From the NCBI GenBank assembly GCA_964514975.1, contig CAZESS010000027.1, positions 1-23,121 on the forward strand: a stretch of 23,121 nucleotides of DNA, in the 5' to 3' direction. Origin of the DNA: an uncultured Thermoplasmatales archaeon (GTDB taxonomy: Archaea; Thermoplasmatota; E2; UBA202; DSCA01). Positions 16,157 to 23,121 of this stretch are shown one piece after another. Each line of letters begins with the position of its first letter. The first letter of the stretch is position 1. Both the position numbers and the translations under genes were made by a program. The notes under the pieces are model-generated. The model was given only the letters and a program-made list of their open reading frames with translations, searched no databases and was not told where the DNA came from.

Positions 16157-17479
16157 ATGAACATCCGCTGTGTCATCTGTCTGCTGGCAGCAGTGCTGGT
16201 TGTGGCCCCGGTCACCTCGCTCGAGTATACCGCACCCCGTTATACGGACACCGCCGCTATGCCGGAGCAGGATGCCCCGGATGGCGGATGGCTTGAAATA
16301 CGTGACGGCGTCCCGGTTCTGCACGTCGCCGGCTCACACTACGAGATGGGATACCAGCATGGATATTTCCTCCAAAATGAAACACGGGAAAACCTGCGGG
16401 CGATGCTGCACGGGCGGTCTGTCACCGAGCTGTATGAGCTGTGGAACATTTCGAAGGCATATATCCCCGACGCATATATCGAAGAGCTGCATGGTATGGC
16501 GGACGGCGCAGGGTTGCCGTTTGCCGAGGTGGCAGCCGCATACATGTCCGTGGTCACCTGGGGCATGGGCTGCTTCGGTATCGCCGCATGGGACAATGCA
16601 ACGAAACAGGGAAACATGCTGCATTTCCGCAGCTTTGACCTACCGATGGACATCCAGGACCCGGTCACCGGCACATATGTCCATGAAAACGCGGTGTTGG
16701 TTGTCAGAGAGCCACGATACGGGTATGCCTCGCTGTCTGCCTCCATAGCAGGGTCGCTGCATGGCGGCGGTGGATTTAACGAAAAAGGAGTCGCGGTGGG
16801 CATCCATACCTCGTGGACCCATGATGCAACCTTTCAGGGCACGCCGGCCACGTTTCGCGTTCAGATGACGCTGGATCACGCCGGCACCGTGGCCGAGGGC
16901 GTGTCATATCTCACGGCCAATGGCACCACCGGATGGAATTTTATCGTATCCGACGCCGATACGCCGGCTGGCTACGCCGTCGAAACCACGGCGAACCATT
17001 CATATGTCGGCGCCCATGACAGCCCGGTTGAATCGACGCCTCCGTTCTGGCATATTCCCGACGTGGTCCGACGAACCAATTTTTTTGTTGCTCCCGACAT
17101 TGCGGCGACCCAGCGCTCACATTATGACCCATCCGGCATCCCGGGGTTTATCCGCATATTTACCGACGACGAGCCGTTTTTTGTTATCTGGCGGAGCTAC
17201 AGGGCCATGAGCGAGCTCATAGAAACACACCATGGCGCCCTTGACTTTGACACGTCGATGGACCTTTTCCAGCGGGGCTACCGTGGCGATACCGACCTCG
17301 GGCTCAGGATACTGCTCAGGCTGACAGAGGGCACCAGTTTCAACCGGGCGTGGAACATGTGGGTTGCCGACACCTCATCGGGCGACATCGACGTCGCCTT
17401 CGCATCCCGCGGACAGCCCGCGCAATACAACGAGATACATCGCTACAATCTCTACGAGCTCCTCGAGGCATCGCCCTAG
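16157..17479 (+). CDS. Secreted C45-family autoproteolytic Ntn-hydrolase (acyltransferase/peptidase)
   Basis: Signal peptide from MNIRC.., G.HYEMGYQHG, EEL.GMADGAG, nucleophile Cys in MGCFGIAAW, H.R.FD, GFNEKGV and RRTNFF. TATA-like TTTTTAAAA lies upstream at ~16110. Confidence 0.82.
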   Translation: MNIRCVICLLAAVLVVAPVTSLEYTAPRYTDTAAMPEQDAPDGGWLEIRDGVPVLHVAGSHYEMGYQHGYFLQNETRENLRAMLHGRSVTELYELWNISKAYIPDAYIEELHGMADGAGLPFAEVAAAYMSVVTWGMGCFGIAAWDNATKQGNMLHFRSFDLPMDIQDPVTGTYVHENAVLVVREPRYGYASLSASIAGSLHGGGGFNEKGVAVGIHTSWTHDATFQGTPATFRVQMTLDHAGTVAEGVSYLTANGTTGWNFIVSDADTPAGYAVETTANHSYVGAHDSPVESTPPFWHIPDVVRRTNFFVAPDIAATQRSHYDPSGIPGFIRIFTDDEPFFVIWRSYRAMSELIETHHGALDFDTSMDLFQRGYRGDTDLGLRILLRLTEGTSFNRAWNMWVADTSSGDIDVAFASRGQPAQYNEIHRYNLYELLEASP

Positions 17480-17566
17480 CACACCTGTTTTCCAGCAATC
17501 CCGCGCACCTTCAAAAGGATAACGGCGACCGGTCCACAAAAAAATGGCATGTGCATCCAGAGCCGT

Positions 17567-18688
17567 CTACAGCGACTCCCGGTATATCGCCCGTATGTCC
17601 CCGGCATCGAGGTCGCAGGGTGTCGCCGCCATCTGGCCGCTCTTCATTGCGTCCTCAGTCAGCCGGTCTACCATGTCTGAAGGAACGCCAAGGTCCGACA
17701 GCCCCATGTCCATGTCAACCGCCCGCAGCAGCTCCCGCAGCCCCTGCACCATCCCCCCGACAGGGTCATCGCCAGCCTTGTCGAGCGCCGCGGCAACCGG
17801 CGCACACCGGTCGGGGCAGGCATTGCCCACATGTTTAATATAGGCGATGGACAACGCTGCCAGGCCCGCCCCATGGGCGACGTCGAAATGCCCGCTGACC
17901 GGGTGCTCGAGCCCGTGTAGCATGGTCACCCGGCCGGCGTCGATGGCCATTCCCGCCAGCGTGCTGGCCAGCGCCATACTCGATCTGGCCGACAGGTCAT
18001 CACCATCCCGGTATGCCGCCGGGAGCGCCCGGACGATGCGCCGGAGCGCCTCCATGGCGTACAGGTCGCTCACCGGCGTTGCTTTCAGAGAGATACGTGC
18101 TTCCATGGCGTGGAAAAACGCGTCGAGGCCCGTCGAGGCGGTCAGCCGGGGCGGCATCGTCGCCATTATCTCGGGGTCGACGATGGCTGCCTCGGGATAG
18201 GTGGAGGGATGCCCCCATCCATGTTTTTCTTTCGACGCGGGATTGGTGAGCACGAAATAGCGGTCCACCTCGCTGCCCGTCCCCGCCGTCGACGCCACGG
18301 CAAAGATGGGCTTCGACCGCAGGGGCTCCTCCCCGTTGTAGAAATCAGCTATCGGCCGGTTGTTGGCAGCCGCGATGGCGATGGCCTTCGCCGCATCCAT
18401 GGGACTGCCGCCGCCGAGCCCGATGACCAGGTCGCATTCCTTCGCCTTCTCCGCTCCCGCATCGACCGTCGGAAACGAGGGATTGGGCTCCACCCGGTCG
18501 AACACCATCGCTTCAAGGCCGGCCTCGTCCAGCGACCCGACAATGCGGTCCAACACGCCTGTTTTCTTCATGCTGCTCTGTCCGGTCACGACGAGCGCCG
18601 TTCCGCCGTGCTCTCGCACGAGCGAACCGATGCGCGAAACCGTCCCGGTGCCATACACCAGCCGAACTGGGTTATACTGGGTAAACAT
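17567..18688 (-). CDS. Iron-containing alcohol dehydrogenase
   Basis: VEPNP, GLGGGSPMDAAK, STAGTGSE and metal ligands D.FFH..E, HGLEH, HG. Confidence 0.92.
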   Translation of the reverse strand: MFTQYNPVRLVYGTGTVSRIGSLVREHGGTALVVTGQSSMKKTGVLDRIVGSLDEAGLEAMVFDRVEPNPSFPTVDAGAEKAKECDLVIGLGGGSPMDAAKAIAIAAANNRPIADFYNGEEPLRSKPIFAVASTAGTGSEVDRYFVLTNPASKEKHGWGHPSTYPEAAIVDPEIMATMPPRLTASTGLDAFFHAMEARISLKATPVSDLYAMEALRRIVRALPAAYRDGDDLSARSSMALASTLAGMAIDAGRVTMLHGLEHPVSGHFDVAHGAGLAALSIAYIKHVGNACPDRCAPVAAALDKAGDDPVGGMVQGLRELLRAVDMDMGLSDLGVPSDMVDRLTEDAMKSGQMAATPCDLDAGDIRAIYRESL

Positions 18689-18713
18689 GCACGATCACCG
18701 TCCCTCGCCCTTC

Positions 18714-18740
18714 ATACCGCTCGCGGTATAAGTATATAAC
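18714..18740 (-). promoter_or_regulatory. ADH promoter with adjacent palindromic operator-like site
   Basis: Minus-strand TTATATAC (~18732-18739) is immediately followed by the inverted repeat ATACCGC-TC-GCGGTAT (18714-18729). Confidence 0.45.
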
Positions 18741-18816
18741 GCCCCGTATAAACCGCTGCATATCCCGTGGCCGGTGCCCGGGGACGTCGTGCAGCGCCGT
18801 CGATGGAGGCACAATT

Positions 18817-18824
18817 TTTATAAA
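18817..18824 (+). promoter_or_regulatory. TATA box of the rpl18e operon (probably leaderless or very short leader)
   Basis: TTTATAAA ends ~23 bp upstream of ATG 18847. Confidence 0.6.
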
Positions 18825-18846
18825 TAACACTCCATTAACAGGCCAG

Positions 18847-19200
18847 ATGACCAAGACCAATCCACAGCTCATCGCCCTCATAGACTATCTCAACGAGGCA
18901 GCCGAGACACACGAAGCGGCCATCTGGCGAGACCTCGCCCGGCGGCTGCAGAAAGCACGGCAGCGATGGGCGGAGGTCAACGTCGACGAAATCGCGAAAC
19001 ATCTCAACGAGGGCGAAACAGCATTGGTGCCGGGCAAAGTCCTGGGTACCGGTATCGCACCCAAGATAGACGTCGCAGCGTTTTCGTTTTCACGGTCAGC
19101 ACGAGAAAAGATCGAGGCAGCCGGCGGCACCTGCCTCTCCATCAGGGAACTGGTGGAACACAACACGGACGGCCGCAACGTTCGCATCATAGGTGGTTAA
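18847..19200 (+). CDS. rpl18e: 50S ribosomal protein L18e
   Basis: KTNP.L..LI, A.IW.D.A.RL, EVN, VPGKVLG.G and AAFSFS.SA.EKI..AGG. Confidence 0.96.
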   Translation: MTKTNPQLIALIDYLNEAAETHEAAIWRDLARRLQKARQRWAEVNVDEIAKHLNEGETALVPGKVLGTGIAPKIDVAAFSFSRSAREKIEAAGGTCLSIRELVEHNTDGRNVRIIGG

Positions 19201-19608
19201 ATGAAAGTGGTAGACGCAACCGGCGCCCCTCTCGGACGGCTCGCATCACAGCTCGCAGAGCAGTTGCTCGATGGAGAAAAGATAACGGTTATCAACGCGG
19301 AGCAGGCCATCATCGTCGGCAGCAGAGACGAGATACAACAGCGGTACAAGCGGAAGCGCGAAGTCGGTGGCACCAAGCGGAAAGGACCGCTGTTCCCGCG
19401 GATGCCCGATAAGATCCTGAAACGGACGGTCCGCGGCATGCTACCATACCAGAAAGCAAGGGGTCGGCAGTCGTTCAAAAACCTGAAGGCCCACATCGGT
19501 ACACCAGATGGTATCGATGCTGCCGAGGCGGAAACGCTGGCGGAGTCCACCACCTCGCCGCATGTCACGCTCAAAGATCTTTCATCTTTCCTGGGGATAT
19601 CATGGTAA
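19201..19608 (+). CDS. rpl13: 50S ribosomal protein L13
   Basis: DA....LGRLAS, INAE.A.I.G and GP..PR.PD.ILKRTVRGMLP. Confidence 0.96.
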   Translation: MKVVDATGAPLGRLASQLAEQLLDGEKITVINAEQAIIVGSRDEIQQRYKRKREVGGTKRKGPLFPRMPDKILKRTVRGMLPYQKARGRQSFKNLKAHIGTPDGIDAAEAETLAESTTSPHVTLKDLSSFLGISW

Positions 19609-20003
19609 AAGCAGTCGTCGAGTCAGGCAAGCGTAAAAGCTCAACCGCCCGCGCCGTCGCGAAAAAAGGAGACGGCACCATCCGCATCAACAGCGTCAAC
19701 CTCCGGGCATACCAGTCTCCCATCATCCGGCACATCATCGGCGAACCCGTCGCGATGGCCGACAAGTACAGGGGCAAGCTCGACATCAGCGTCAACGTCC
19801 AGGGCGGCGGCCCGATGAGCCAGGCGGAGGCCTCCCGCACCGCAATCGCCAAAGCCATCCTGGCCTACACGGAGGACGAGGAGCTCCGCGAGATGTACAT
19901 GGATTACGACCGGACGCTGCTGGTCAGCGACACCCGGCAGAAAGAACCCAAGAAACAGCTGGGCCGTGGCGCCCGGAAAAAACGCCAGAAGTCATACCGA
20001 TAA
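19602..20003 (+). CDS. rps9: 30S ribosomal protein S9
   Basis: SGKRKSS.ARA, V.GGG..SQAEA.R.AIAK, DRTLLV.D.R.KEPKK and [10 protein letters not shown]. Confidence 0.97.
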   Translation: MVKAVVESGKRKSSTARAVAKKGDGTIRINSVNLRAYQSPIIRHIIGEPVAMADKYRGKLDISVNVQGGGPMSQAEASRTAIAKAILAYTEDEELREMYMDYDRTLLVSDTRQKEPKKQLGRGARKKRQKSYR

Positions 20004-20005
20004 CC

Positions 20006-20227
20006 ATGATAATACCGGTGCGATGTTTCACCTGTGGCAAGGTCCTCGGCTCCGCGTTCGAGGAATACAAAAAACGTGTCTACCTCAACGACGAAAACCC
20101 GCAGGAGGTCCTCGACGACCTCGGCGTCCGCCGCTACTGCTGCCGGCGAACCATCGTCGCGCATCCCGCCATCATTCGTGAAAACCGGGTCGACGAGCTC
20201 ATCGACGAAGCGGCGGAGTTTGAATAA
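20006..20227 (+). CDS. rpoN: DNA-directed RNA polymerase subunit N (Rpo10)
   Basis: [12 protein letters not shown]...[13 protein letters not shown]. Confidence 0.97.
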   Translation: MIIPVRCFTCGKVLGSAFEEYKKRVYLNDENPQEVLDDLGVRRYCCRRTIVAHPAIIRENRVDELIDEAAEFE

Positions 20228-20305
20228 CCGACAGACCAGGCAGCCGTCTTCACCTGCCTCTTTATACAAAGAAAACTATAAAAGCCGCGCGGCTATCAAA
20301 TCCGA

Positions 20306-20380
20306 GGGCGCGTGGCCTAGCCAGGACAGGGCGCTGGCCTTCTAAGCCAGCTGTCGTGGGTTCAAATCCCACCGCGCTCG
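20306..20380 (+). tRNA. tRNA-Arg(TCT), intronless, CCA not encoded
   Basis: Acceptor GGGCGCG/CGCGCTC-G. Anticodon arm CTGGC-CT[TCT]AA-GCCAG (anticodon 20341-20343). T arm GTGGG-TTCAAAT-CCCAC. TATAAAA lies ~23-29 bp upstream. Confidence 0.96.
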
Positions 20381-20921
20381 TACCACCGGCGGGAAACGTG
20401 GTGTGTCATTAGTTTATGCAGTAAAATGGCGACGCTGCTCGCCTTGGCCCGGAAAACACTTTTTGCAGGGAGCATTTTCTTCCCGTCCATCGTGCCGCGA
20501 CACAACCGTCGCGGACGCCGCATATGGGGCGCTGTACGCCGGTAACGCCCCTGTGGACGATTCCGGCAGGGAACGTGTGCGGGAAACATGACCCCGGCAA
20601 AAAATGCCTCCAGCTCGCTCTATGGGCTTTCTGGCAGCGGTGGTGGATATACGTATTTTGGCTGACATGGCAGATGTGCCCGGGTGTGCTGTGTGGCATT
20701 GTCAGGTTGTTTTTGTTTTGGTGAACGATTTGGCAGCCTTGATATGTGCATCGGCGTTTATGGGCATGGTGAGCGCATCCGTCCCTTGCCTCCGCCTCCT
20801 TTTCCCGTCCTGTTTCGGGTGCCTCACCCGCCCCTCTTTTTTTGGGTATATTGTGCTGATGCCACGTTCTCTTGATTGAACCGGGGGGGGGGCTATGTGG
20901 TCATGCTCGGGAGGTGTGCGG

Positions 20922-21317
20922 TCAGTATGCCGGGATTTTTTCCGTTTCCAGTGTTTCTTCGACGATTTCGCGGAGGCCGTTGAAGCCGATTCCCCGTGAG
21001 ATGACGCGACGGGCGCCTGCTTTCTTCATTTCTGTTGCCCAGACGGAGCGGGAGAACGCGGTGAACCCGTAGATGCGAGCCTGGGGGTCCATGTCCATGA
21101 TGTGGCTGGTGGTTTCGATGCCGTCCATGCCCGGCATTTTGAGGTCCATGATGACCAGGTCGGGTCGGTTTCCCGTTTCGAGCATTTCCTCGTACATGGC
21201 GACGGCTTCTTCGCCGGTGAATGCTGAACGGATATCGGCGCTGAGCGGGGAGAGATATGTATGTATCAATTCCTGGATGGGTTCTTCGTCGTCGACGACC
21301 AAGATGGTATTTTTCAT
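20922..21317 (-). CDS. Stand-alone CheY-like response-regulator receiver protein
   Basis: ILVVDDE, PDLVIMDLKMPGMDG and FTA; GGTG upstream of ATG 21317. The conserved KP position reads RG. Confidence 0.88.
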   Translation of the reverse strand: MKNTILVVDDEEPIQELIHTYLSPLSADIRSAFTGEEAVAMYEEMLETGNRPDLVIMDLKMPGMDGIETTSHIMDMDPQARIYGFTAFSRSVWATEMKKAGARRVISRGIGFNGLREIVEETLETEKIPAY

Positions 21318-21491
21318 ATTGAACACCTTTGCTAATATTTTGCTAACAAAGTAATGGATATGCTGATATATAAAATTTGCCGTATGTGTTCGCCGCTGAA
21401 CCTATGCAGACCCCCATCCCTCGACAGGTGAGCCGGCCTATCCAGCTCACAAAAACGGCAATGCTTATAACATGGCGGATATTGTGCACCC

Positions 21492-21785
21492 ATGCGCGAG
21501 TACTCCATCAAACGAGGCTATCACCCGGACATCGATAAGCTTCTGGACGAATATTTCGGTGCCGGCGGCGACGTTGAGGAGGGCGTCGAGTTCACGGCGG
21601 ATGGCATCGGCACCATCACGCTCAGGCGGGACGGCAAAAGCCTCTACATCGAAACGACGCCGCAGCCCGACATGGACGGCGGCATCGACGTCATCCGGAA
21701 ATGGAATGATTTCCTCGAAGATGTCACCGGGCGGACCGCGAAGGAACGAAAAAAACGGATGACGAAAAAGGCCAAGCACAAATAG
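21492..21785 (+). CDS. Conserved archaeal hypothetical protein (DUF5611-like)
   Basis: MREY.IKRGY...WNDFLE.VTG.TAKERKK pattern typical of this euryarchaeal family. Confidence 0.7.
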   Translation: MREYSIKRGYHPDIDKLLDEYFGAGGDVEEGVEFTADGIGTITLRRDGKSLYIETTPQPDMDGGIDVIRKWNDFLEDVTGRTAKERKKRMTKKAKHK

Positions 21786-21787
21786 CG

Positions 21788-22852
21788 TCACAGCGGCTCC
21801 CGTTCGACCTCCAGCCGGTCCGCGGTTGGATACTCCTCGACCACGAAACAGGGATACGGTACCCGCCCGGCCAGCCATGCGGCGACAGTCGGCGAGGTTT
21901 CAACACGCTTTTTTTCAGCATCCCATGCTATCATGCCGGGCTCGATGTCGAAGCGCTCCCGCAGCTCCGGCAAATCCTCCCTGCTCGCCATGATGATGCC
22001 CTTGCGCAGCGTCCCGTCATCGGTGATCACGTCATACAGGCGTGCCACGTTTCGAGCACGTCTGGCGAGGCGCCGGCGGAGCTGGACGGCATCCTTGAAC
22101 GACGATGAACAGTAATGGACCGGCAGCGGCAGATCCCACCGGGCTATCTCGTAGGCGAGCTGTTCGCTTCCCTCGACGGCGTTTGAGATGTCAGATTTTA
22201 TGTGGTAGCCGCGCCGTTCGAGCGCTGCATGGTTTGTCGCCGAGAACTCGAGCTCGTTGAGGTTGACGAAGTCGATGTCGTAGCCGGCGATGGTTTCCAG
22301 CAGATGTCTCGTCTCCGTTCGCATGTCGGGGAGCATCGGGATTTCGATGCCGACGGGGATTGGAAGGCCGTCGACCGTGGCTTCCAGCTCTGTTGTTTCG
22401 ATGTGGTTCCAGACGGGAATGGGCGGGTGCAGCCGGAGCTCGTCAAGGCCCACATCGATAAGAAGCTCGATTTTGGGCCGGTTCATGTGGGCTGTGTACA
22501 GGTGGACATGGTGACCGGTGCCGAAATGCTGTTTGAGCAGCCGGATGTATCGAGCTACACGCCGGGGCACGAGCAGCGGCTCGCCGCCGGTGATACCGGT
22601 GCCGGATGCCTCGATGGCGTCGCCCTCGTCCAGGATATCTTCGTCGTCGTGTACCTGGAGCTCGTTGGCGTAGATGACGTCATGCCCCCGCTTTTTTGCG
22701 GAGAGGGGGCAGTAAAAGCAGTTTGCCGGGCATTGCCCGGTTACGAGCAGCACCATTTTTGCGCCGGTGCTGCACTGCCGGCATCCGGCTGGAAGCCTGC
22801 CGGTACAGAACGAGTTGCTGGGCAGGTCGTGACGGTGTGGTGTGTCGTTCAT
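21788..22852 (-). CDS. Conserved archaeal radical SAM protein (COG2108-like, function unknown)
   Basis: CPANCFYC cluster motif, LP.GC..C..GAKMVL.VTG, GITGGEPL, HLYT, LDELRLHP, NLNELEFS and HYCSS.FKD..QLR.R. The start is probably ATG 22852. Confidence 0.87.
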   Translation of the reverse strand: MNDTPHRHDLPSNSFCTGRLPAGCRQCSTGAKMVLLVTGQCPANCFYCPLSAKKRGHDVIYANELQVHDDEDILDEGDAIEASGTGITGGEPLLVPRRVARYIRLLKQHFGTGHHVHLYTAHMNRPKIELLIDVGLDELRLHPPIPVWNHIETTELEATVDGLPIPVGIEIPMLPDMRTETRHLLETIAGYDIDFVNLNELEFSATNHAALERRGYHIKSDISNAVEGSEQLAYEIARWDLPLPVHYCSSSFKDAVQLRRRLARRARNVARLYDVITDDGTLRKGIIMASREDLPELRERFDIEPGMIAWDAEKKRVETSPTVAAWLAGRVPYPCFVVEEYPTADRLEVEREPL

Positions 22853-23121
22853 GGCGGACATGCTGCAAGCCACGGGTTTATTTAATCGTTTTCCGTGCGC
22901 GTTATAGAGGCATTGGCTGGAGATATCTCTCATCGGCGTGCAGGTATGTCCGGTGGCAGGTGTTCCTTATTCCTTCTGGTGGCGCGGGGGCGGGGGTTGT
23001 GGACACGCGATGTTTTCCCTGTGTATTATCTTCTGAGGCGCTCTGATAACACACGCTCCGAGAAATATAGTCTCTGCGAATGACAGGGTGTTTTGCGTTG
23101 ATTTTTCTCTCTGAGTTTTTC

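Noticed and set aside
12468-18739. Many long antisense or alternate-frame ORFs (e.g. 12468-13436, 14582-15253, 15178-15873, 18110-18739)
   Set aside because: These are shadows of GC-rich genes that have clear family motifs in another frame or strand.
20306-20380. tRNA-Arg as the integration target matching the att-like fragments
   Set aside because: Its 3' end (CCCACCGCGCTCG) matches neither fragment, and housekeeping genes lie between them.
20466-20475. GCAGGGAGCA match to the hairpin at the window start
   Set aside because: It is only 10 bp and lacks the complementary arm, so it is compatible with chance.

Overview
Archaeal genomic window, most likely Thermoplasmatota: it has the rpl18e-rpl13-rps9-rpoN cluster, an intronless tRNA-Arg(TCT) without encoded CCA, TATA-type promoters and a PGF-CTERM-like surface protein. 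The right half (~11.75-23.1 kb) is GC-rich housekeeping DNA: lipoprotein, frameshifted CPBP/CAAX protease, saccharopine dehydrogenase-family enzyme, folC, purN, C45 peptidase, iron-containing ADH, ribosomal cluster, tRNA, orphan receiver protein, DUF5611-like protein and a radical SAM protein. The left half (1-11.73 kb) is more AT-rich and looks like the right end of an integrated island, ending at an 18-bp tRNA 3'-end fragment (att-like, 11712-11729). The island carries four things. (i) A probable DNA base-hypermodification enzyme (aGPT-Pplase clade 3-like) next to an Nmad3-like domain fused to a NucS-type PD-(D/E)XK nuclease; this candidate hypermodification/restriction defence module is the most interesting signal. 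(ii) Two tandem paralogous basic wHTH-like proteins surrounded by palindromes and short repeats. (iii) A ~2,470-aa mosaic surface protein. (iv) A 55-aa Sm-like ORF missing from the ORF track, beside two further tRNA-end scars. All family assignments come from motif recognition by eye, not database searches.
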